Source of the DNA: the human T2T-CHM13v2.0 reference genome, Homo sapiens
Reading direction: 5' to 3' (one strand)
Length of the DNA: 64,000 bases
Assembly (NCBI RefSeq): GCF_009914755.1
Contig: NC_060930.1
Shown: positions 1 to 10,499 of the stretch, one piece after another
Layout of the letters: every line of letters starts with the position of its first letter
Numbering within the stretch: position 1 is the stretch's first letter
Translations under genes and position numbers: made by a program
Notes under the pieces: model-generated
Told to the model about the DNA's origin: nothing
Database searches by the model: none
Seen by the model: the letters and a program-made list of their open reading frames with translations, nothing else

Positions 1-274
1 TCTAAAACTGCTCTGTATTTTAACATTTAAGAAATGACATCTTATCCCAAGAAATTTTCACCATTAAAAAATGGAAAAAATTGTCATTTAGTAGTAAAAT
101 TTCTGAGAATAATATTTGATAAAGCAAGTTGTGGTTTACTTTACCAATATTTGTTCAAGTTTAATAGATGCTAAAATGCTGAGATCAGTTTCCATTGTTA
201 TAACACTGAGATGGGGTATGTTCAATAAAATTTTTAGAATATTATTGGAAAAAGATAGATTTGATGACAACTAT

Positions 275-480
275 GAGCTCTAATTTCAGCTCTGATATTT
301 ATAAACCTTATGGATTTATATGAGTAACAATCATTCTGAGTCCCTCTGAACCTTATTTCTTTTACCTTTAAAAAGGTTATAATGGTGTCTGACTTGTGAA
401 GATCAAATAAGGAACATGCAAAATGCCTAGCACAATGCCTGGTGCATAATAGACATTCAGTAAAGATTAGATGCTGTAGC
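275..480 (+). mobile_element. MIR SINE
   Basis: Degenerate MIR core and 3' end (ctctgaaccttatttct...tgtgaagatcaaataa...cctagcacaatgcctggtgcataatagacattcagtaaa). Confidence 0.75.
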
Positions 481-559
481 TTTCCTTAGATTCTATTTAT
501 CAGGAAAAAGTAAATGGGTTAAACTCTTCATTATATACAGCTCATTCCATTCTTTTAGT

Positions 560-1845
560 ATATTCAGTCAATCAATAATTGAGCTGTTCCATAAATAAGA
601 CAAACTACTTGTGTTGATAATATGGAACAAAATAGACATTATTTTTGTCTTCATGGAGATTATATTCTAGCAGGGAGAAAAGACATTTAACAACTAATCA
701 TGAAGGTAAATATATTACATAATGTGATGAAATTTGAAGGAAAAACTAGTTACAGTGATAAAAATGTGCTGGGAAATTAGAATATCTCTATTGAGGTACA
801 GCATGCAGTTGGTGATTGAATTTGTTTAAAGAATGTAGTGTGTCAGGCTTATCAGGACTCAGCAACAGGGTGGCCAATACTTCTAACTTTCAGGCTTACG
901 AAACAACGATTTGATATCTATCTGAATTACTGGTAAACATCTCAAAATTAACATGATAATTTTTTCTTTTCCTTATTTATACTCTCCTTTTAATCTTTCA
1001 ATAAATGACTCCTTCATCTACCCAGTTATTTATGAAGTAAGCTAGGAAGGAACACTTTTGATACTGCCCTACCCCAGCCTCCACATCTTATCTTTTACCA
1101 AATCCCAAAGACTGTCTCCAGTGCATATTTCTGATAGGTTCTGGGACTGGAGATCTAGGCTGTGGCAAAATTATACAGATCAAGCCCTATATTCCATGCT
1201 AAGTATTTGAACTCTATTTAAAAGGAGATATGAAGCCACTTAAGTTTTTGCAAGCAAAGTAGTTCAGATTTAATTTAGATTTTCAAGATATTACTTTGCC
1301 TACTATGTAAATAATGGATTGGAAGAGGTAAAAAATAGACTGGAGGATACTGAAGACTGGAGGATAAGAAGACTGGTTGGAGGATATTGTAATAGTCCAG
1401 TGGAAGAGACTATTGTGGCTTAGGTTAAGGGAGCAGCAGTCTTGAGGGAGCAATGTTATCTATTAAAAATATACATTGGAGACAATCTCTGGGGCTTGGT
1501 AAATATTACATGGGGAGGTTAGCGATAGGGAAGTGTTAAAAGCACCCCTTTTAGCCTCCTGCATAAATAACTGGGTAGGTAAACACATTACTTATTGAAA
1601 GATTAAAGAGAGAGTGTAACTATGGAAAAGAAAAAAATAGCATGTTAATTTTGAGATGTTTAAGAGTAATTCAGACGGATATCAAACACTCCTTGTTTTG
1701 TAAAGCTCAATGTTAGAAAGAGTGGCCTGAGCTGGAAATAAAATTTTGGAAAACATGAACTTATCTGTAGGAAGCAGTTAAAGTCATGGGAGTGATGAGA
1801 CCATCAGGAACATAATATAAACTGAAAAATGACATTGTCATGGAC
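560..1845 (-). mobile_element. L2 LINE fragments (mostly minus; ~910-1130 appears plus)
   Basis: L2 3'-region motifs such as gtcttcatggagattatattctagcaggg, gaagccacttaagttttt, attgtaatagtccag. Confidence 0.6.
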
Positions 1846-1847
1846 CT

Positions 1848-2095
1848 GAGTCTTGCCTTTGGATTTTACAGAAGATAACTCTGAGACAAGGATTTAAGTG
1901 CATGTAGTTTATTTGGGAAGAGCTGAGAACACTGTCAGGGGAGGGAGAAATAAGACAGGGAAGATAAAGCAGCCAATAAAAAGTGGATTATTTAAACTAG
2001 TTACAACTTTAGAGCATAATCCTATGCTTCATCCCTTAGAAATAAGATAAAACACATACCCCAGAATTACCCTATGGAAGGGGCATAGGAATTAG
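1848..2095 (-). mobile_element. LTR16-like ERVL LTR fragment
   Basis: ctctgagacaaggatttaagtgcatgtagtttatttggga matches the reverse complement of the LTR16 3' end. Confidence 0.65.
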
Positions 2096-2097
2096 GG

Positions 2098-2260
2098 TAT
2101 TTTTAAAACAGTTTTAGTGAGGTATAACAAAAAACTGTACATAGTGTGTAAAATTTGATGAATTTGGACATATACATATACCCATGATATTATCATCACA
2201 ATCAAAGTAATTAAACTTATCCATCGCCTCCGACAGTGTCCACGTGTATTTCTATTGTTG
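2098..2260 (-). mobile_element. L1M 3' terminal fragment
   Basis: gaggtataac...actgtacata...catatacccatga...cacaatcaaagtaattaa is typical of an L1MA/MB 3' end in reverse. Confidence 0.65.
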
Positions 2261-2280
2261 GTGTTGTTGCTGTTTTTGGA

Positions 2281-4210
2281 ATCACAATGTGATATCATCT
2301 TATATATGTTAGAATGGCTATTGAAAAAAAAAAAGGTAGCAAGTGTTTGCCAGGATGTGGAGAAATTTAAAACTCTTCGGCACTGTTGAGAAGGTAAAAT
2401 TGTGGAGCCACTATGGAAAACAGAATGCAGGTGCTTAAAAAAATTAAAAATACCTTATGATCCAGCAATCCCACTTTTGAGTATACATCCAAAGTATATG
2501 AAATCAGTATGTCGAATAAATATCTGTAATGCTGTATTCATTAAAACATTATTCAAAATAGTCAAGATATAAAAACAACCGAAATATTTATCAATGAATA
2601 AATGGATAAAGAAACTGTCCTCAATTTAGGGTCTATAGGCCCCAGAATGAATCTTCAGTACATTATACTAAGTAAAATAAGCCAGACATAGAAAGACAAA
2701 TCCTGCATAATTCCACTTACATGTGGTGTCTAAGATAGTCAAACCCAGACGCAGAGTAGAATGGTGTTTGCTTTGACAGAGGGAAATGAGGAGTTTTTCT
2801 TCAATGGGAGTAAGTTTTTTTTTTTTTTAACTTTTACATTTAGAAGTACATGTGCAGGTTTGTTTTATAGGTTAACTTGCATCACAGGGGTTTGATGTAC
2901 AGATTATTTCATCACCCAGATACTAAGCCTAGTACTCAATAGTTACTTCTTTCTGCTTCTCTCTCTCCCGCCACCTTCCATGCTCAAGAAAGTCCCAGTG
3001 TCTGTTTTTCCCCTCTTTGGGTCCATGTGCTCTCAGAATATGTGGTATTTGGTTTTCTGTTCCTGCATTACTTTGCTAAGGATAATGGATTCCAGCTCTA
3101 TCCATGTTCCTGCAAAGGACATGATCTTCTTTTTTATGCCTGCATAGTATTCCATCGTGTATATGTACATTTTCTTTACCCAGTCTTCCATTGATGGACA
3201 TTTAGGTTGATCCCATGTCTTTTCTATTGTGGATAGTGCTGCAGTGAACATACCCATGCATGTGTCTTTATGATAGAATGATTTATATTACTTTGGGTAT
3301 AAACTGGGTATAATCCCAGTAATGAGATTGCTGGACCAAATGGTACTTCTGTTTTTAGCTCTTTGAGGAATCACCACACTGCTTTCCACAATGGCTGAAC
3401 TAATTTATACTCCTACCAACAATGTGTAAGCATTCCCTTTTTCCTGCAACCTCATATGCATCTGTTATTTTCTGACTTTTTAATAATGACCATTCTGCCT
3501 GGTGTGAGATGGTGTCTCACTGTGGTTTTGATTTGTGTTTGTCTAATAATCAGTTATATAGAGGATTTTTTGTAATGTTTGTTGGCTGCATGCAAGTCTT
3601 CTTTTGAAAAGTATCTGTTTGTGTCCTTTGCCCACTTTTTAGTGGTTTTCTTCTTATAAATTTTTTAAAGTTCTATATAAATAAATAAATAAATAAATTT
3701 AAGTTCATTATAAATGCTGGATACTAGACTTTTGTCAGATATATAATTTGCAAATATTTTCTCCCATTTTATAGGTTGTCTGTTTACTCTATTGACAGTT
3801 TCTTTTGTTGTGCAGAAGCTTTTTAGTTGAATTGGATCCCTTTGTCAATTTTTGCTTTTGTTACAATTGCTTTTGTTTTCTTTGTCATAAAATCTTTTCC
3901 CATTTCTGTGTCCAGAAAGGTATTGCCTACATTGTCTTCCAGGGTTTTTATAGCTTTAGGTTTTACGTTTAAGTCTTTAGTCCACCTTAAATTTATTTTT
4001 GTATATGATGTAAGGAAGGGGTCCAGTTTCAATCTTCTGCCTATGGCTACCCAGTTATTTCAACACCATTCAATGGGTATAAATTTTCAGTTATACAAGA
4101 TAAATAAGTTTTACAGATCTGCTATAGAATATACTACCTATTGTTAGTACACTTAAAAACATATGGTAAAATGGTAAATCTCATGTCAATCATTCTTATA
4201 AAATAGGAAG
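2281..4210 (+). mobile_element. L1MA/L1MB 3' portion (ORF2 end plus 3' UTR), split by a younger L1 at 2814-4068
   Basis: caggatgtggagaaa...ccactatggaaaacag...gatccagcaatcccactt; sequence resumes at 4069 with caatgggtataaattttcagttatacaagat. Confidence 0.8.
2814..4068 (-). mobile_element. 5'-truncated primate L1 (older L1PA/L1PB type)
   Basis: Poly-T tail at ~2815; L1P 3' UTR; ORF2 C-terminal peptides in ORFs 3033-3257 and 3823-4032; degenerate TSD ttcaatgggagtaa / ttcaatgggtataa. Confidence 0.9.
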
Positions 4211-4401
4211 AAAGAAACAAGAGTATTTTGTCGCTAGGATGTCTGCTCTCAAAAAGTGTTAATTACCTGGTATTCTCTTATGTTGCAGGTGAGTGAAGGG
4301 GCCTTCTTTGTTTCTAAGGATATTGAATTAGCAACAGACATAGTTTCTGATCAAAACGAGAGTTGTTTTGGCTCTTCAATCAAAGTGAGTGTTGAGGAAA
4401 T

Positions 4402-4540
4402 TAGGGTTTCCAGATGTAATGCATGTAATATTTGGGATACATTTATACTAAAATATCATTTGTTGCTTATCGGAATATTTGAATTTAACTAGTCATACTT
4501 ATTTTTTGTTTCGTTTGGTTTGCTAAATCTTGCAACCCTT
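4402..4540. mobile_element. MER53 hAT-type MITE, internally deleted
   Basis: Termini agggtttccaga / tcttgcaaccct and internal aatatttgggatacatttatactaaa. Confidence 0.75.
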
Positions 4541-4544
4541 ATTG

Positions 4545-5060
4545 AAATGAGTTGAAAAGTAAATAGAAAATGAAGAATCTGTGACATGTTAGGAGCCCAT
4601 ATTGGCTGTGTGGAAACAGAGAGGTAGAGTAAAAAGAAACTAATTTTTTGTTTTGTGTTTTGAATAGGTGATACTACAGTATATATGAATGCTGAGAGGA
4701 CATATGCAGTTAAGAGTGAGATGTAGAGGAAAGACAGGGAAGAGCATAACAGATTGAGGTAGGAAAGGCTTCAGGGCATTTGAATCAGTGGATGAGGATG
4801 AGTTCACTTTCGATTGGAGGTAAGACACCCACATGATAACATAAAGGATGTAGAGAGTAAAAGGACTAAAGAAATTAGGGAAAGTGACAGGAATTTTGCT
4901 AAATAGGAGCCAGATTTCCATAGACATAGTGGAATAGTGGAAATGTTTTGGAGACAGAGCAGAAAGGAAGTATGGGGCTGGGGGTATAGAGCAGTGGGCC
5001 GATAGATGTCGTATCATCAGAAGAACTTGCACTGTAGGAGCGGAGTACAGTAAACAGGAA
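4545..5060 (-). mobile_element. L2 fragment
   Basis: Purine-rich degenerate L2-like sequence continuing the upstream L2. Confidence 0.45.
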
Positions 5061-7031
5061 GGAGAGACAAAATGAATTCAGACTAGAGGGAAAGGGCAGG
5101 CTTTAACCTAATACAGCAAATATGCTCACTAGTAGAGTGAAAATCTTTTTAAAAATTATATTTAGCAGCTCTTTTTGAAAATAACATTCTCAAATGTGTA
5201 TCTACACAGACACACATACTTATTATTTACATAAAGATAGGTCATTTACACAAAATTAAAATACTTGAAGTTTTTCAGAGGTTAATCTTTTTTCAGGTTA
5301 AATATTGTTTAAAAGATTGATAAGTGAAATCCTCTCTTAATATATTGTAAATAGATCAACATCTTCATGAAATCTTTTAGCTTATTTAATTTTTTAACAA
5401 TTTCATGGTGATATACACTTCTAATGGACATATAACTGTGGTAGAATTAACTATTGATTTTGAAATACGGAGTGATAGTTGATAGGAGGTAAGTTAATGG
5501 ATATAGTTATATAATGACCAGTTGAGTAAATCTTTTTGTACATAAAAGATAACAGATTCTACTTACTATCTTGAAACTACAGAGGTATAACCATAGTTAT
5601 GTGCTTTGGGGTATGATTAATGAGCTCTGTCTTTGGCTGCATTAAGAACTGAGTGAAAGTTTAACTGCCAAAGAACACATGCATCACTCTAAGAGGAAAC
5701 TGTACTGTTTACAATTCCCTTGGAGATAGTAGAGAATCTCAAGAAAAATAGGCACTGAAAAATCAATAGTTGGATGTCTTCTAGGTAAAATAGTCAACTA
5801 ACTGTGTAATGAATCACTGCAAATTGAAAACTGGAAGCAAATTATAGATTTTTTTTAGTTTCAGGTATAAAAATAATTTATTAGCCAAATGATGCACCCT
5901 AGTCTGAAAACTATAAAGAAAAAAAATGTCAGTTCAATAAAAATCCATCAGAAATTATTCTGGATCTTAATTATAGAGCTCTATCTTTGTCTTTAAAGAA
6001 AAACCAAAAAAAAAAAAAAATTAAAAAACAGAAAAATACAGAAATGTGTCAACATGTATTTTTCATTTTCATATTTTGCATTTTGAAATATTTGCTGCAC
6101 ATTAAGGTATGTGACCTATTTATGATTATTTTTAAGCCAAATACAATATTGTTAATAAAATATTTTTAAAATTATTCTAGACAACTATCAACAAAATATT
6201 TTTGCCATAATATTCACCCAGAATATTTTTTCTCTAGTAAGCTTTCTAATGACTTTTGAATAATTAATTTTTACTAATTCTGCCACCAGATATAATCACA
6301 ATAAACAGATTCAACTGTAATGGTAGTGAATCATCATTCCAACAAAAGAAACTATACAGTTACACTAGATTAAAAAAAAAAAACTCTACTGTTTATATAT
6401 ACCATATAGTTGGCAGGAGTTTAAAGTGTTATTGATACACCCTCTTGTGGGGCTTTCATAGGCAGGTAGCACCTAACTTTGTTTTCAATACTATTTTATC
6501 TTTCAGATGTCTGTAATCTTTAAAAGCAATTATAAACAAGATAATCAAAACACCACATATATAACAAATCAATCATTTAATTATATGGCATTTTTAAAAA
6601 GATGAGTAATTTATTTATTAAACACACACAGCCACCTCTAACCCAGTTATTGGTTTAACAGTGAAACCTTGTCTAAGTTCTCAGTGATGGTGACCATTTA
6701 ACTTCACATTTGCAACTAAGGAAAAAGTCACATGCCAGCTCAACCCTGCTTAAGACAGACTGCTCAACTGTAAATTACAACTGATATTGAAATATCCAGT
6801 ATGACATATTCATTTTTCTATCACAGGCTATCAATGAAATATTATTTTCTTGAAGTACATGATTTTATTATTTTTCAAAAATTGTGACTGTGATGGCTAT
6901 GTGAATTTGGGAAATTCAGAGGATTAGAATACCAACACATTAAGTAATAATTGTTTATAAACTGCCTATTTACTTCATTCTATGCTTTATAATGCATTTT
7001 TCATCTACTTTACAGTGTTCTCTTTGGTTTC

Positions 7032-7387
7032 TGATATAGTTTGGCTGTGTACCCCCTCATATCTCACCTTGAATTTTAAGAATCCCCAGGTGTCAAGGAC
7101 AGGGCCAGGTGGAGATAATTGAGTCATGGGGGCAATTTCCCCCATACTGTTCTCCTGATCATGAATAAGTCTCAGGAGATCTGATAGTTTTAAAAATCAA
7201 AGTTCCCCTGCACAACTTCTCTTGCCTGTTGTCATGTAAGTCATGCCTTTGTTCCTCCTTTGCCTTCCACCATGATTGTGAGGCCTCTTCAGTCGTGTGG
7301 AACTGCGAGTTCATTAAATCTCTTTTCTTTATAAATTACCCAGTCTTGCATATGTCTTTATCAGCAGCGTGAGAACAGACTAATACA
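7032..7387 (+). mobile_element. THE1 (B/C-like) MaLR solo LTR
   Basis: tgatatagtttggctgtgt...gaacagactaataca, TG..CA termini, 5-bp TSD gtttc/gtctc. Confidence 0.92.
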
Positions 7388-7739
7388 GTCTCTATTTAAC
7401 TTATGTAATAGCATTCTCATATGCTTACTTAAAAAAAAACTTTTATTCAAATTACGATTAGGTTTAACATGAAGAATAAGCTACCTTGAAATGTCATTGT
7501 TTCATGTAATCATGTTATTTATTATTAATCCAAAGTGAAACCCATTATAAGTCTGTATAGCAAAAGTCAGGTTGTTGACCATAAGGAGACAATAGAGAAA
7601 TTAAATTTAGAGGAAGGGAAAGGCTTTGCTTTAATGATCTCAAAGTGATATTTAGTTTAGCTGAGAAGATGATATCAGGATACTTTTCTGGCTTAGAAAA
7701 AAAGACTGCATCAGACTGAGGATGACAGGTAATTAAATG

Positions 7740-8095
7740 TCGAAGTCCAGTTGGTTTTATCAATTGAGAAGCCACAGGAGGGGGATGAAAGGAAGGGGAA
7801 GAGTAAAGTCAGGGTGTTTATTCTTCTGCATCCCTTCCTGAAGGGCTATCTGTGCCTGCCTGGATCCTTCTAATGCTCCTCTGTGCACAGCTCTCTTTAC
7901 CCAGTCATCCTTCTGGGTTGATAACTTGTCCCTTCTGTTGTCCTCTTGTGCCTGCTGCCTCTAGCCTGAGGTTACTGCAGCACTGCTTTGTGGTTTAATA
8001 TACCCAATCCCACCTTTGTAAATAGTTACTTTGTAAATGAACCCTCTTTAAATTTTTAAAATTTGAGTGTGGTTTTTATTCCTGTTGGGACATAC
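7740..8095 (+). mobile_element. LTR33-like ERVL LTR
   Basis: agtcagggtgtttattc and cccacctttgtaaatagt...atttgagtgtg motifs. Confidence 0.65.
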
Positions 8096-8199
8096 AGCTC
8101 TTAATTCTTTTAGCAATTGTTTCTGAGAGGCATTTGGATGGAAGGGAAGTATATTTGTGATAGAACACAAATATCAAAGATGTATAAGCAAAGTTCAAC

Positions 8200-9130
8200 C
8201 TTATTAAATTATTCAAATCCTCTGTATCTTTACTTTTATCCATTTAATCTATTATGCTCAAAGACCAATAGTTCTGTGTTTAAATCTCCCTATACATTTA
8301 TGTATTTGTTCATTTCTCTTTGAATTTCCAGCTGTTTTAAAAATAGATGTTATTACCATATATTTAAATATACAGAGAATCTTGATTCATAAATCCTTAT
8401 TATGAATATTAGTTTGACTTTTTCTCACCTTCTTATTTCCATTTATTTCTCATGGATATGTAATTTCTTTAGGTATCAATATTTATATTCCTTTCTTTTT
8501 TTTCCTCTCTTGACTTCTGTGTATTTTTCCATACTCTTATTCTTAATTTTTAGCATATTTCATCTGTAGATTTGTCTCTTGTAAGTAGCATGCAATCCAA
8601 GATCCTTTGCTTCTTTTAACAATAATAAAAACAACAAATACTTACATAAGGTTTCTATATGTGGGTGCCATTCCAAAGCTGTTTTTTATTTATTCTAATT
8701 GAATCACCAGGAACCTATGGATGGGTATATTATAATCCTTTTACAGGTGAGGAAACCAAATTACAGAATTTAAAACAATGTCAAACACCAGCAAGCATTA
8801 GAACACCTTTGAACCCTCAGGTTGTCTGACTCCAGTGTTCTTAGCTATTATACAATATGTCTGGTCAGAATCAAAAATTTAAATCAATGGATGTCATAGC
8901 TGATACATGTGGTCTTTTATCAATTATATTGTTTTGGCTTTTCTTTCAGTGACCATAGACAAAAAAGGTATTATATTTTAGCTTCTGCTATTTAAGAGAA
9001 CTTTGATGTGTTCTTATTCTAACTTTCTCAATTTAGACAGTATTAATTTAATTTGGGTTTCTAGGAGCAGGGAGTAATTATATTCAATATATTAAATATA
9101 ATATTTAAATTATATTATTTCTTTCAGTAA
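8200..9130 (-). mobile_element. Very old L1M (L1ME-like) fragments
   Basis: T-rich degenerate L1 ORF2-like text (tttgtctcttgtaagtagcat; atagctgatacatgtggtc). Confidence 0.4.
8618..8850 (-). mobile_element. MIR SINE
   Basis: atccttttacaggtgaggaaacc core; tttgaaccc...gtctgactccag. Confidence 0.8.
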
Positions 9131-10499
9131 TTCTTTTTTGTTTGCTTTGGTTTTCCTCAGTTAAGATTTTCACCTATCCAAAAGACCTATATATACGTAT
9201 TTCTAGTGTTCATCTCCTATGTATTCTTTAGGATTGTTAGTGTTATTCTAATATAATTTTCAGTGTTATTTTATTTTTCTTATAGGTTGATTATTTATAT
9301 AAACATATATTGTCTCTACCTGTATGTCTATGTCTACATATATGTGTAATATAATTGGAAAATAATATTTTCATTACTTATATATTTAATAATGAATTCT
9401 CATTGGCCTTTACATAAACTATATGAGAATTAATATAGAATTTTCAGATTATAAACACACTTTTTTCAAAATTCTATGTTTCTCAAAACCAATATCTTTT
9501 CACTCAGCATTTACTTTTCAAAAGGGAAAGTCTAGCACAGGTCAAGTTTTTATTTGTATGCACTCTGGATTTCAAATTTTAGGCAGGTAAGGTTTACCTT
9601 ACTTTTTCAAGTACATGAAAAGTTATGGGTTATTTTTTAATTATATTAGAAAAACTATGAATTTTGATGAATAAAAATGTTGTTTCCTTTTTCATGTCAG
9701 GAGATTTTTTCATACTTCAATTTATTCTGGATTCTTTTTTAATGACCATTTTAAGGACTTTTCCTTGTTTTTCTTATTTATTGAAGCTTTATCATTTCTT
9801 AATAGCACTCAAATAGGGTGTATGTTCTTAGGTGCATATATGGAATATGCATAGATTTATATATATATACACATACAGATTTTTATATATATATACATAT
9901 ATATTTATATATACACATACAAAATATATCCGTAACTTGTACCCATAAATTTGTAAGTTAGCTGTGGCTCTTGATCCAAAATTTGACTCTAATGAATCTG
10001 TTACTAGAAATGCACATTTCATGAACATTGCAGATTGCATATTCTAACAGATTTGACTAGTTAGGTCAACACATGTTTATTCAGAATGAAGTAATAATGG
10101 ATTATAAGCCATATGTAAATATTGACAGTGATCTCTACAATAGACATTAGTAAGCTACCTGGTTATACAAAGAATCAGGGTCAGCTCAGTTATCTACTTC
10201 TTTTCTCCTCAAATGCAAGACAGTAGCTAGTCCTCAGAGGTATTATTTATAACAATAAAATTATAGATCTTCTAAGACCAAAACTATAATTATTTGTTCA
10301 GATGTGGGTTCATCTTTTCTTCCTACTTTCTACCTAATGTAAAGCATACGTGTCTAGAGCGAAGACTCTGATGAAACCTTTAAATTTTCTTTTTACTACG
10401 TTAAGGCTTGTATACATTGAATCTTATTATCATTTTGTTCTGCAAAATGAGTAGCCCACTTCTGAATTTTAGAAGAAAAATCTAGAATATTCTCTGAAA

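Noticed and set aside
3033-4032. ORFs with convincing protein-like sequence (3033-3257, 3823-4032)
   Set aside because: Decayed L1 ORF2 C-terminus, not a host gene.
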